Notes under the pieces: model-generated
The model's input: the letters and a program-made list of their open reading frames with translations, nothing else
Databases searched by the model: none
What the model was told of the DNA's origin: nothing
Part shown: positions 35,362 to 44,681 of the stretch, one piece after another
Layout of the letters: each line of letters opens with the position of its first letter
Numbering within the stretch: position 1 is the first letter of the stretch
Program-made: the position numbers and the translations under genes
Virus record (IMG/VR): IMGVR_UViG_3300018432_000006
Span: 1 to 56,772 of that record
DNA: 56,772 bases
Source: a virus
Taxonomy: Duplodnaviria; Caudoviricetes
Reading direction: 5' to 3' (one strand)

Positions 35362-37485
35362 ATGACCACCGACGAGCCGGATGAGATTGGTCTCGACAAG
35401 TACGCCGACGGCCTCGCCATGGATGACGTCTTCGTCACCCTCGATGCCGACGGCAACCCCTACATCGACGCCGGTGACGGTCTGGGGCTCATCCCCTGGG
35501 ATCACCTGTCCATGTCGAAGCCCGCACGCCCCGACGACGAGGCATGCCCCGACGACGAGGCGGACGACATCGACGACGGAACCGTGGTCGAGGCCACCGT
35601 CAGCCGCGAGCGCCGCGAGGTAGGCCCGTGGATGCGCACGCGTGTCGGCGCGCCGCTCGCGCGTGCTGGTGGCCACCTGGTGCGCTCCCCCTGGTACGCG
35701 CTGCGTGGAACCGGTGAGACCGTGCGTCGCTGCGTGCGGTGGGTGTTCGCCGCAGACGACGCCGTGATGCGCTCCGCCGAGATCAAGGCCGCGCCCACCC
35801 TCAGTGCCCGGTCGGAGATCCGCCGCGCGTACGCCGGTGGCACCCTGGCCCGCGGCGTGCTCGCGAGCGCCCCCCTGTTCGCCACGTGGGGGTGGATCGA
35901 GTTGGGGCAGTGGGGCATCGTCCCGGCGATCACCCTGGGCGCCACGTACGTCACCATGCACGCCGTCGGACAGCGCACCCTCACGCGCCGCCCGGAGGCG
36001 CAGGCCGCTGCGCGGCACGTCACCGCGAAGGGCAAGCGGCCCCCGCTGTCGCGCCCGTTCGTCACCGAAGCGCTCGAACTCGCGGGGTTCGGCGCAATCA
36101 CCATGCCCAACGGCGGCACGCAGGGGCCGCTGATCATCTCCGCCACCCCGGTCAAGGGCGGCGAGCGTATGGTCATCGACCTGCCCCCCGGCGTGCCCGT
36201 CTCGCGCCTGATCAAGAAGCATGACGAGCTGGCCGGCGCGCTGGGGCGCCCCGCAGAGTGCGTCGTCATCGAGGCGCGCCCGGAGATCTCGCCCGTCCGG
36301 TTCGAGCTGTTCATTGCCCACACGCTGATGTCGGAGCGCAAGCCCCCCCGGTGGCCACTGGCGAAGGTCGCACCCCGGTCGTTCTTCGACCCGGTGCCCG
36401 TCGGCGTCGACGCGCAGGGCAACGTCGTGCACGCTCCCCTGGCGGAGGTACACGGGCTCGTCGGTGGCGGCACCGGGTCCGGCAAGACGTACACCGTGCG
36501 GCTGCTGCTCATGGCAGCTGCATGCGACCCCACGGCGATCATGCTGATTCACAACCTGAAGGGCGGTGGCGACTACCGGGGGTTCAAGCCCGTCGCGCAC
36601 ACGCTGCGTTCGGGCACCAGCCGCGCGGACGTCGCGGCGCTCGCGGATGACCTGGCGTGGCTTCAGTCGGAGATCGCGCGGCGTGGCCGCATCCTGGAGA
36701 ACCTGCCGGCGTCGCTTACCCCTGAGGGGAAGCTGACACCACAGGTCGCCCGCGACTACGACATGCCGCCCATCGTGCTCGTCGTCAACGAGGCGCAGCG
36801 CGCGTTCACGGCGCCCGGCGGAGACGTCATCGCGGAGCGCGTGCAGGACGTCGTGCGCACGGCGCGCGCCGTCGGCATCGTGGTGCGTCTGGTCACGCAG
36901 GGCACGAAGGAAGGCGCGATCCCGTCGGGCATCCTCGACCAGCTCACCCACCGGTTCGGGCACGGCGTCACGAACATCGCTGACGCCAACCTGATCCTCG
37001 GGTCGGACGCGCACGGCCGCGGGTACCGCGCTGTCGACATCGAGACACCTGGTGTCGCGTACGTCGGCACGGCCGGTGGGCGCATGGTGCGCGCGCGGAT
37101 GGCGAAGGTCGACCTTCCGGAGGTAGAGCGCATCGTGACGGAGGCTGCTGCCCTGCGGCGTTCTGCTGGGACGCTGACGGGCATGGCTGCCGGTACCGAC
37201 GCTCCGGACCCGCACGACGGCGGCACGCGGTCGTTCCTGGGTGACGTGCTGGCGGTGTGGCCCGTCGTCGACGGGAAGCCTGTCGTGAACGCCTGGTCGC
37301 GGGTGCTGGCTGATGCGCTCGTCGCGCACGACGGCGACGAGTATCCCGCCGACGTCGTCGACGGCGCCTACGTGTCCCGGCGCCTGTCCGACGCCGGCGT
37401 CACCGTCTCGACGCAGCGCATCGGGGAAAAGTCAGCTCGCGGCGCGCGACACGCCGACGTGCTCGCGGCGCACGAGCGCGGCTAA
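35362..37485 (+). CDS. FtsK/SpoIIIE-family TraB-like DNA translocase (actinomycete plasmid/AICE type)
   Basis: N-terminal TM pair, DLP.GV...LA.AL.RP..CV, PVPVGVD..G, GGTGSGKT Walker A, C-terminal wHTH-like region; GAGAGG RBS. Confidence 0.85.
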   Translation: MTTDEPDEIGLDKYADGLAMDDVFVTLDADGNPYIDAGDGLGLIPWDHLSMSKPARPDDEACPDDEADDIDDGTVVEATVSRERREVGPWMRTRVGAPLARAGGHLVRSPWYALRGTGETVRRCVRWVFAADDAVMRSAEIKAAPTLSARSEIRRAYAGGTLARGVLASAPLFATWGWIELGQWGIVPAITLGATYVTMHAVGQRTLTRRPEAQAAARHVTAKGKRPPLSRPFVTEALELAGFGAITMPNGGTQGPLIISATPVKGGERMVIDLPPGVPVSRLIKKHDELAGALGRPAECVVIEARPEISPVRFELFIAHTLMSERKPPRWPLAKVAPRSFFDPVPVGVDAQGNVVHAPLAEVHGLVGGGTGSGKTYTVRLLLMAAACDPTAIMLIHNLKGGGDYRGFKPVAHTLRSGTSRADVAALADDLAWLQSEIARRGRILENLPASLTPEGKLTPQVARDYDMPPIVLVVNEAQRAFTAPGGDVIAERVQDVVRTARAVGIVVRLVTQGTKEGAIPSGILDQLTHRFGHGVTNIADANLILGSDAHGRGYRAVDIETPGVAYVGTAGGRMVRARMAKVDLPEVERIVTEAAALRRSAGTLTGMAAGTDAPDPHDGGTRSFLGDVLAVWPVVDGKPVVNAWSRVLADALVAHDGDEYPADVVDGAYVSRRLSDAGVTVSTQRIGEKSARGARHADVLAAHERG

Positions 37486-37523
37486 TTCGGGCTATCGTCG
37501 TTCGCGTCGCTCACGGCGATTCC

Positions 37524-37580
37524 ACAGCACAGAGCCCCAGCAACCGGACACCAGACACGGTTGCTGGGGCTCCGTGCTGT
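37524..37580 (+). terminator. Long hairpin after the translocase
   Basis: ACAGCACAGAGCCCCAGCAACCG / CGGTTGCTGGGGCTCCGTGCTGT. Confidence 0.65.
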
Positions 37581-37624
37581 CCGGGTTCCATAACTATGCA
37601 TACGGATGGTCATACCATCGCGAC

Positions 37625-38023
37625 ATGCGCTCAACGCCCATCGGAACCCGCCGGCCCGCATACTCTCGCGACGTCCCACGCCGCAAGCCTCTTCGTCCCG
37701 AACCCACCCCGCTCCGGACGCCGGCGGACCTGTACCCCGTCGACGTCCGCAGCAGCATCGGACCCCGGGGCACGTACGACCGCTTCGCACGCATGGTCAT
37801 CACTGACGAGTTCATCTACATCGCGTCCTCCCGGAACAAGGGGAAGAAGCTCGACAAGGTCACCAGGTACCCGCGTCCGGCCGGCGAGCCGGTGCAGACC
37901 GCCGCGAAGCGCGGCAACTGGGGGCCGTTCTCCTGGTCCGGCTGTGGGTGCGGGAACTCGTGGGGCATCCACACCCGGGCCAAGCTCATCGACATTGGCA
38001 ACGCTTCGGCAGCGGACGCGTAA
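37625..38023 (+). CDS. Basic protein with GCGCG motif, first gene of the structural operon
   Basis: TACCAT-6nt-ATG; WSGCGCGNSW. Confidence 0.65.
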   Translation: MRSTPIGTRRPAYSRDVPRRKPLRPEPTPLRTPADLYPVDVRSSIGPRGTYDRFARMVITDEFIYIASSRNKGKKLDKVTRYPRPAGEPVQTAAKRGNWGPFSWSGCGCGNSWGIHTRAKLIDIGNASAADA

Positions 38024-38031
38024 GGCACGTC

Positions 38032-40056
38032 ATGGGACTGTTCCGAAACGCTGACGAGCCGATCACGGCGGCAACGGTCCGCTCGTTCGACCGCATCCCG
38101 AACCACGCGCAGACGAGCCTGATCGACACGGACCTGTGGCACCTGTACCGGTGTGTCCCGGAGATCCACTACGCAGTGAACCAGCAGGCCCGGCTCGTCG
38201 GACGCCTCGACTGGCGCATCAGCATCGATGGCACCGAAGTTGACGACTCCGAAGAGGTCATGCGGCAGGCGTTCGGCAGCGACCTGCGGGGCATCGCAAC
38301 ATACGGCGCGATCCATCTTCAGGTGGCGGGGCAGTTCTACCTGATCCGCACGCCGACGTCGCAGCGAGGTAAGCCCCGGTGGCGCATCATCCGCTCGCCG
38401 CTCCCCCACGATCAGAAGAAGGTCGCGGAGGCCGCGAACGCCGTCGTTCAGGTGGTCGTCGAGGACCCGGCGCTAGACGAGCGTGCTGACTCCCCCGTGA
38501 TGGCGGTGAAGGACATCGCCACCGAACTCATCCTGACGCGCGCGCAGGCTCGCGCCACGGCGAGAAACCGCACCGCGCAGCTCATGACCGTCATCTACCC
38601 GAAGGAAGGCGCCGGCCCGAACCCGGCGGAGTTCGAGCGGAAGATAGCGAAGGTCATGACGGACCCGCTGACCGACGAAAAGTCCGGGTCGGTCGCGGTG
38701 CCGAACCTCATTGCGTGGCCGTACCAGTACATCGACGGGTGGAAGACACTCGACTTCACCGGCCCCATTGACGAGCGTCTACACGAGCGCGTCGACCGGC
38801 TGATCAGGCAGCTCGCCGTCGGGCTCGACATCACGCCGTCGCTGCTGCTGGGCCTGGAAGACTCCACCCACTGGACCGCCTGGGCGTCGCAAGAGGACAA
38901 CTGGCTGGGGCACGTCGAGCCGCTGGCCGCGCCCATCGGGCAGGCCATGGCTGCGGCGATCGCGATGCTCACCGGCGCCGACGTCGACGCCATCGAGATC
39001 ACCCCGGACCCGTCCCCGCTGCTGAAGCGGCGTCCGGCGATCGCTGACGTACTCGCCGCGTGGGAAGCGGGACTCATCTCCGACGAGTGGGCGCGCGAAC
39101 AGCTCGGAGCGCCGGACACAGAGGCCGGCCCTGGGCGGCAGCAGATCGAGGCCGGCCCGCAGCAGGAACAGGAAGCGGTGGGCGAACCAGTCATCGAGGC
39201 GTCGGAGCAGCGGCAGATCACGCAGTCAACGACGCCCACCGCCGCGGCGGTCGGCGCGCAGGGTGTCGACATCGACGGCCGGCGCCTCGCGGAGATCGAC
39301 GAGCAGGCGTACGCGTCGTTCACGGATCTCGTGCAGGACATCGCTGACCGGGTGCTCGAAAAGCTCGGTGCCCGGGTGCGGTCACTGTTGCAGGGCAGGC
39401 CAGGGGAAGCACCGCCCCGCGACATGTCGAACATCGAGGTAGCGCGCACCTACGCCGGTGAGATCCCGAACGCCGACGCGACGCTGAACCAGACCGTGCA
39501 GGAAGCTCTCGTGCGGGTGCTGCGGATCATCACTCGGGCGCAGGGCCGTGTCCGGGCCATGGGTGTCGACATTTCGACGTCGACGGCGGAGGATCCGCGG
39601 GTGATCGGCGCCGGTGAGGCGTTCCTTGCCGCGGTGGTGGCGACCGTCGCGGCGATACGCGGGGGCGGCACGGGCATCGCGGAAGCGAGCATGGCCGCCC
39701 GGCAGATCGCGACCATCGCGGGCGGAGGTGAGGCGTCGGATTTTGGGGGGGCCGTCAGCGGGATAGCGCTGGCGGCGACGACGATGGCAGTGATCCGGCG
39801 TGACCATGGGCTTGTTCCGGAGACAGGCCCGGACGGCAGCACCCGGTACCGGTGGCTGCACCTGTACGAAGGGCTGAACCCGCACCCGGTGCACCTGTCC
39901 CTGAAAGACGCGCTGGTCGACCAGATCCCGGTGTTCGCCGGCGGGTACCTCGCGTTCCCCGGGGATCATGCTGGGTGTGAGTGCATCGCGGTGCCGGCGG
40001 AGCTGGTGCGCGTCCGCACGGGGTACTCCCAGCTTCAACCAACCGGCGGAGGGTGA
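38032..40056 (+). CDS. Portal protein with C-terminal MuF-like extension
   Basis: W.LY..VPE.HYA, HLQVAG..Y, ADSPV, LA.GLD..P..LLG....HW.AW; C-terminal RW...H..H...PGDHAGCEC. Confidence 0.82.
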   Translation: MGLFRNADEPITAATVRSFDRIPNHAQTSLIDTDLWHLYRCVPEIHYAVNQQARLVGRLDWRISIDGTEVDDSEEVMRQAFGSDLRGIATYGAIHLQVAGQFYLIRTPTSQRGKPRWRIIRSPLPHDQKKVAEAANAVVQVVVEDPALDERADSPVMAVKDIATELILTRAQARATARNRTAQLMTVIYPKEGAGPNPAEFERKIAKVMTDPLTDEKSGSVAVPNLIAWPYQYIDGWKTLDFTGPIDERLHERVDRLIRQLAVGLDITPSLLLGLEDSTHWTAWASQEDNWLGHVEPLAAPIGQAMAAAIAMLTGADVDAIEITPDPSPLLKRRPAIADVLAAWEAGLISDEWAREQLGAPDTEAGPGRQQIEAGPQQEQEAVGEPVIEASEQRQITQSTTPTAAAVGAQGVDIDGRRLAEIDEQAYASFTDLVQDIADRVLEKLGARVRSLLQGRPGEAPPRDMSNIEVARTYAGEIPNADATLNQTVQEALVRVLRIITRAQGRVRAMGVDISTSTAEDPRVIGAGEAFLAAVVATVAAIRGGGTGIAEASMAARQIATIAGGGEASDFGGAVSGIALAATTMAVIRRDHGLVPETGPDGSTRYRWLHLYEGLNPHPVHLSLKDALVDQIPVFAGGYLAFPGDHAGCECIAVPAELVRVRTGYSQLQPTGGG

Positions 40057-40060
40057 CGAC

Positions 40061-40216
40061 GTGAACGATGCACTGGCGAACTTCAAGCTGTCGAAGATCC
40101 GGCAGGGGCTCGACGAGGCGCGATCCGCTGCGGTGGTCGCGTCGGAGGACCCGCCGGCCGCGAAGGACGACACGGGGGCTCCCCCGGTCGGTGACCCGGG
40201 AAAGGACGACGACTGA
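40061..40216 (+). CDS. Small hypothetical protein
   Basis: GGAGGG RBS; TGATG overlap with the next gene. Confidence 0.55.
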   Translation: MNDALANFKLSKIRQGLDEARSAAVVASEDPPAAKDDTGAPPVGDPGKDDD

Positions 40217-40920
40217 TGGATCCCCTGACGAGGTATGGCGCGCTGAAGCTCGCACAGCGCGTCGGCGCGCGCCTACGTGGCGACAGTGGCTGCGACACCT
40301 GCCCGACGGTGCTGACGGCGCCCGACGGCGTCGTGGTGACAGACAAGCCCATCGCCGCGGCGGCGACCACCGTCGCGCAGGCCGTCGTGTTCCCCGCGGA
40401 GCACTTCAAGAAGTGGGAGCCGCGCGGCAAGGCCATGGAACCGCTGACGTTCCACCCTGACGGCAGCATCACCGGGCACATCGCGGGGCAGGGGTGCTTC
40501 CGCGACGGGAACATGACCCGGTGCGAGCGGTACCAGCCTGACCCCGACCCGAAGCTGTCCAACTTCCACACGTGGACCACGACGCTCGACACCGGCGAGG
40601 TCATCCGCACGGGCGTCCTGACGGCGAGCGGGAAACATGCGGACCTGTACGCCGGGATGACGGCGTCGGACGTGCGCCGGATCCATGAGGACACGTCCAC
40701 CGTGATCGCGCGGGTGCGTGCGTGGGAGGACGGCAACGGGCGTCTCGCGGTGGCCGGTAGCATCATCCCGACCATCGACCCGGGGTCACTCTCACAGGCC
40801 GCAGGGGCGCCGGTGAGCATCGAGCAGATTCCTACGTTCGAGACCAACGGTCGGAACACGCTGGTATCCGCGCACATGGTTGTGCACCCGGCGTGGCCAG
40901 TGCTGGAGACCGCTTCGTGA
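40216..40920 (+). CDS. Head morphogenesis protein (capsid maturation protease-like)
   Basis: Lies between portal and MCP; GHIA..GC, TGVLT..G.HA, VRAWED..G..VAG motifs. Confidence 0.6.
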   Translation: MDPLTRYGALKLAQRVGARLRGDSGCDTCPTVLTAPDGVVVTDKPIAAAATTVAQAVVFPAEHFKKWEPRGKAMEPLTFHPDGSITGHIAGQGCFRDGNMTRCERYQPDPDPKLSNFHTWTTTLDTGEVIRTGVLTASGKHADLYAGMTASDVRRIHEDTSTVIARVRAWEDGNGRLAVAGSIIPTIDPGSLSQAAGAPVSIEQIPTFETNGRNTLVSAHMVVHPAWPVLETAS

Positions 40921-41840
40921 GAGTCGCCGTCTTCGTGCAGGGGTTCGCGTACGGGCGCGGGCGGGCCACCACTGTTGTCGAGCTGGTGGCGCCGCTCGCG
41001 CGCCGTGGTCACGAAGTCGACGTGTTCGTGCCATCGCCCCGGTTCGTGCAGCCCGTCGACGCGCCGCTGACCATCCAGCCATTGGGACAGTTCCGTTCCG
41101 ACACGCGATACGACGTCGTGCTGTACAACTCCGGGCTACCGTCCGGAACGCTGGGGCTCATCAACCGTGCCAAGGCGAAGCGGCTGATGTTCCAGCACAG
41201 CTACCAGACCAACGACCCGGGCCTGCGCCTAGCGGACATGGTCTGGTACCCGTCGAACGCGTGCGCCGCCGTCGACAAGGGCAGCCGGTACCGCAAGATC
41301 GTCGTGCCCCCGCCCATCGACCCGGACCGGTACCGCACGAAGCCCGGCAGCAAGGTCGGGCTGTCGCTGTCCTCGCCGTGGAAGGGCGGCGCCGTCGTCG
41401 CGGCGGTCGCGCGGTCGCTGCCGCAACACCGGTTCCTGGTGGTGAAGGACGGGCGCGGCAACGGCGTCAGCCTGTTCAAGGGGCTGCCGAACGTCGAGCT
41501 GGCGGAGTTCATGGACCCGCGCGAGTTCTACGCGCAGTGCAAGGTCCAGGTGTTCCCGTCACGGTCGGAGTCGTACGGGCGTGTCGGCGTCGAGGGGGCC
41601 GTGTCCGGGATCCCGCTGATCGCGTCGAACGACCCCGGGATCAGGGAGGCCATGGGCGGTCACGGCATCTACGTGGCTCGCGGTGACATCCCCCGGTGGA
41701 CGCGCACCGTCAACCAGCTCATGACTGACCGGAAGGCGTGGAAGGCCGCGAGCGCCGACGTGTCGAAGCGCGCTGCGGCGATCGCGTACCAGCGTGACCA
41801 GCTCGCGTTCGTGCGGCACGTCGAGACCCTGGTGCAGTGA
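40917..41840 (+). CDS. GT-B (GT4-like) glycosyltransferase
   Basis: LARRGHEVDV, KGG, FPSRSESYGRVGVEG...GIP.IAS..PGI.E (EX7E motif). Confidence 0.9.
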   Translation: MRVAVFVQGFAYGRGRATTVVELVAPLARRGHEVDVFVPSPRFVQPVDAPLTIQPLGQFRSDTRYDVVLYNSGLPSGTLGLINRAKAKRLMFQHSYQTNDPGLRLADMVWYPSNACAAVDKGSRYRKIVVPPPIDPDRYRTKPGSKVGLSLSSPWKGGAVVAAVARSLPQHRFLVVKDGRGNGVSLFKGLPNVELAEFMDPREFYAQCKVQVFPSRSESYGRVGVEGAVSGIPLIASNDPGIREAMGGHGIYVARGDIPRWTRTVNQLMTDRKAWKAASADVSKRAAAIAYQRDQLAFVRHVETLVQ

Positions 41841-41849
41841 CGTCCGGCG

Positions 41850-41877
41850 CCCCGCGGGACTCCAGATGCCCGCGGGG
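41850..41877 (+). terminator. Hairpin between the GT and MCP genes
   Basis: CCCCGCGGG / CCCGCGGGG. Confidence 0.45.
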
Positions 41878-41975
41878 TACCGGACACCCGGGAGCCTAAG
41901 GGCTACTATCCGGGTAGGCGACTGTCTGTCAGGCAGGCCACGTGACCATTCCGTGCCCTGTCGAAAGGAACAGAC

Positions 41976-43700
41976 ATGGCTAAGCCCGATCCGCTCAAGA
42001 TCCTCGCCGCGCTCGACGGCGACGAGAAGCCCACCACCGCAGATCTCACGGCCGCGCAGGCAGAGCTGAAGGACGCTCTTGACGCTGCGACGAAGGCCGA
42101 CACGCCGGACATCGAGCTGGCGAAGGAGCTGCACGCCGGCGTTCAGGCCATCGCGAAGGAACTGGCCAAGCGCGACGAGGACGACGCGAAGGCCCGCGAA
42201 GAGCTGAAGGCTCTGCGCACCGGCATCTTCGACGACGACGACGCGCAGGCAGCAGCCGACGCTGCAGCCGCAGCGGACGCCAAGGGCGGCGACTCGACGG
42301 CGCCCGGCGCTCCGAAGGACGGCGAGCCGGCACCCACCGGCGAGCAGGTCGCGGAGCCCGTGGCCGCATCTACCGGTTCGTCCATCGTGGCCCGCATCAA
42401 GGCTATGGCGAAGGACCGTGTCCCGGAGGCGGCGGCCCCCGTCGCGAAGCGCGGCATCCGGCACAAGGGTGTCGGCGTCGCGTCGAACTTCGAGCTTGAC
42501 CGCGGCGACTTCGGAGAGCTGGGCGCGCTGTTCTCGACGCACGCCAAGCAGATCATGAACCCAGGCAACCCGGGTCACCTGTTCCGGCTGAACCGCGAGT
42601 TCGACGAGTCCCGGCAGCTCGGGTTCAACGTCGATCTCAACAACCAGCGCATGCTGTCCTGGTTCGGCGCCGGGCAGGGGCAGCAGACGCCTCTCGCCGC
42701 CGCGTGTGGGCTCTGTGGCCCCGGCGACGTCGACCACACCCACCCCGTGTGCTCGGAGGAAGGGCGTCCGATTCGTGACGCTCTGCCGCAGTTCCAGGCG
42801 ACCAGGGGAAAGATCACTTTTGCCCCGGCAATGAGCATCGGTGACCTGTCCCAGAACGTGTCCATCTGGACCCTGGAAGACGACATGGCTGCGTGTGCCG
42901 CCGACTCCCCGGAGTCCCCCGGCGTCTCGCCCACGAAGCCCTGCCCGCCGATCCTCTGCCCCGAAGAGCTGACCTGCGCCACGGACGCCGTCGTGCGCTG
43001 TGTCACGGTCGGCAACTTCCAGGCGCAGTTCAGCCCGGAGTTCTGGGCTTCGTCGCTCGCGCTGCTCATGGCGGAGTTCGACCGCGTCGCAGAACAGAAG
43101 ATCATCGAGGAGATCCACGCCGCCAGCGTGAACCTCGGCGTGGTCGACGGCTGCAACACGCTCGCGTCGTTCCTCACCGGCATCAACAGCATCGTCGCGG
43201 CGGACCGCTCCGCGCAGCGCAACATGAGCCGGCGCTACCGGGTCATCGCGGACGCGTACATCCGTGACTACCTGCGTAACCAGGTCATTACGAACCTGGG
43301 CGTGGCGAACAACTTCACCGCGCTTCAGCTCGCAGACGCCACCATCAACGCGTGGCTCAACGACGTCGGCGTCACCCCGGTGTGGACCTACGACGGCACG
43401 TTCGACGGCGAGCAGCACCGCATCCTGCTGCCGGGTGAGACGCCGGCCGACGCCGGCGTGTACATCCAGCCGGAAGACGCGTTCGTGTTCCTCGACGGCG
43501 GCACGCTCGACCTGGGCACCGACATTCACGACTCGATGCTGAACGCCACGAACGACCGCCAGGCATTCGCGGAGAGCTTCGAGAAGACGTGCTTCCGCGG
43601 CTGCTCGGCGTACTACTTCGAGATCCCGGTTGCCTCCGGCTGCGGCTGCGGCAACGTGCAGTGCACCAGCGACAGCCCCGCGCTCGACCTGGTCGGCTGA
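41976..43700 (+). CDS. Major capsid protein with N-terminal scaffold-like domain
   Basis: AAAGGA RBS; acidic coiled-coil N-terminus; A.GLC.P, LPQF...RG.I.F, TKPC..I.CP...C.T.GN...F.PE. Confidence 0.88.
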   Translation: MAKPDPLKILAALDGDEKPTTADLTAAQAELKDALDAATKADTPDIELAKELHAGVQAIAKELAKRDEDDAKAREELKALRTGIFDDDDAQAAADAAAAADAKGGDSTAPGAPKDGEPAPTGEQVAEPVAASTGSSIVARIKAMAKDRVPEAAAPVAKRGIRHKGVGVASNFELDRGDFGELGALFSTHAKQIMNPGNPGHLFRLNREFDESRQLGFNVDLNNQRMLSWFGAGQGQQTPLAAACGLCGPGDVDHTHPVCSEEGRPIRDALPQFQATRGKITFAPAMSIGDLSQNVSIWTLEDDMAACAADSPESPGVSPTKPCPPILCPEELTCATDAVVRCVTVGNFQAQFSPEFWASSLALLMAEFDRVAEQKIIEEIHAASVNLGVVDGCNTLASFLTGINSIVAADRSAQRNMSRRYRVIADAYIRDYLRNQVITNLGVANNFTALQLADATINAWLNDVGVTPVWTYDGTFDGEQHRILLPGETPADAGVYIQPEDAFVFLDGGTLDLGTDIHDSMLNATNDRQAFAESFEKTCFRGCSAYYFEIPVASGCGCGNVQCTSDSPALDLVG

Positions 43701-43733
43701 CCCACCACCCCTACCGCTGAAGGGTGGTGAGCA

Positions 43734-44669
43734 ATGGCAATCCCCATCCCGGTCGAGCTTGACCGGTGTGACTCCGCGCCAGCGGGCGGGTTCCTCACGG
43801 AATCCTGCCCGCTGCCGGAGGGCTGGGAGCGGGGTATCTCGTTCCAGGACACGGCGTGTCTCACGCCTACCGTCATGGGCGAGTGCCCGGCGTGCGACGT
43901 CCCGGGCCTGAAGGACGCGCAGACGGCCGGCACGGAGACGTTCCGGCCCGTCTCGCTGATTCAGGCTGTCGAGTGCTCGACGTTCGGTGGGATCGATGTG
44001 GCCGCTGTCGCGCGGGAAGGTCTCGACGCGACGGCCGGCTATGCGCTCGCGCGGGAGCTGCTGACCGGCGAGGCCGCTCGCCGTGACGCGAACCCCCGCG
44101 CGCAGGGTGACCAGTCGAACCCGTCGTTGCAGACGCATGCCGTCGATCTCGGTACCGCGTTCACGGACATCATCAGCGCCGTCGGGTGCCTGGAACAGGC
44201 CATGGCGGACACCACGGCCGGACGGCGGGGCGTGATCCTGGTGGGCCCGCAGCTCGCGTTGGAGATGTGGCCGTTCCTGGTGCGCACCGGTGACGGTCTC
44301 TTCACGATCACGGGTACGCGGGTCATCGTCGACGGCGGGTTCGACGGCCGGCCCCCGCTCGACTCGCCGGCGGACGAGTCACCTGGCGACCCGTGCCTGC
44401 CCTGGAACACGACCGGTGGCCCCGCTGCCGGTGACGAGCTGTACATCTACGCGACGGCGTCGGTGTGGGCCGGTGTCCGCTCACCGGGCCGGACGCTCGG
44501 TGACATCGACCGGGCGAACAACACGTCGACCGCTCGTGACGAGCGGCCGGCGCTCGCGGTGTTCTCGCCGTGCGCCACGTTCGCGGTCGGGTCGAGCATC
44601 CCCGCTGCGTGCAGCTCGCGCAGCAACGTCACGGACCCTCCGTCGCCTATCCAGCCCCTCGACGCGTAG
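43734..44669 (+). CDS. Capsid-associated virion protein
   Basis: Directly after MCP; WE.GI.F...C, F.P....ECST, T.TG..V....G motifs. Confidence 0.65.
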   Translation: MAIPIPVELDRCDSAPAGGFLTESCPLPEGWERGISFQDTACLTPTVMGECPACDVPGLKDAQTAGTETFRPVSLIQAVECSTFGGIDVAAVAREGLDATAGYALARELLTGEAARRDANPRAQGDQSNPSLQTHAVDLGTAFTDIISAVGCLEQAMADTTAGRRGVILVGPQLALEMWPFLVRTGDGLFTITGTRVIVDGGFDGRPPLDSPADESPGDPCLPWNTTGGPAAGDELYIYATASVWAGVRSPGRTLGDIDRANNTSTARDERPALAVFSPCATFAVGSSIPAACSSRSNVTDPPSPIQPLDA

Positions 44670-44681
44670 AAAGGAACGCGC

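Noticed and set aside
41559-44138. Long antisense ORFs (also 34804-37329 and 50742-52490)
   Set aside because: Shadows of real genes in high-GC DNA, with no motifs or RBS
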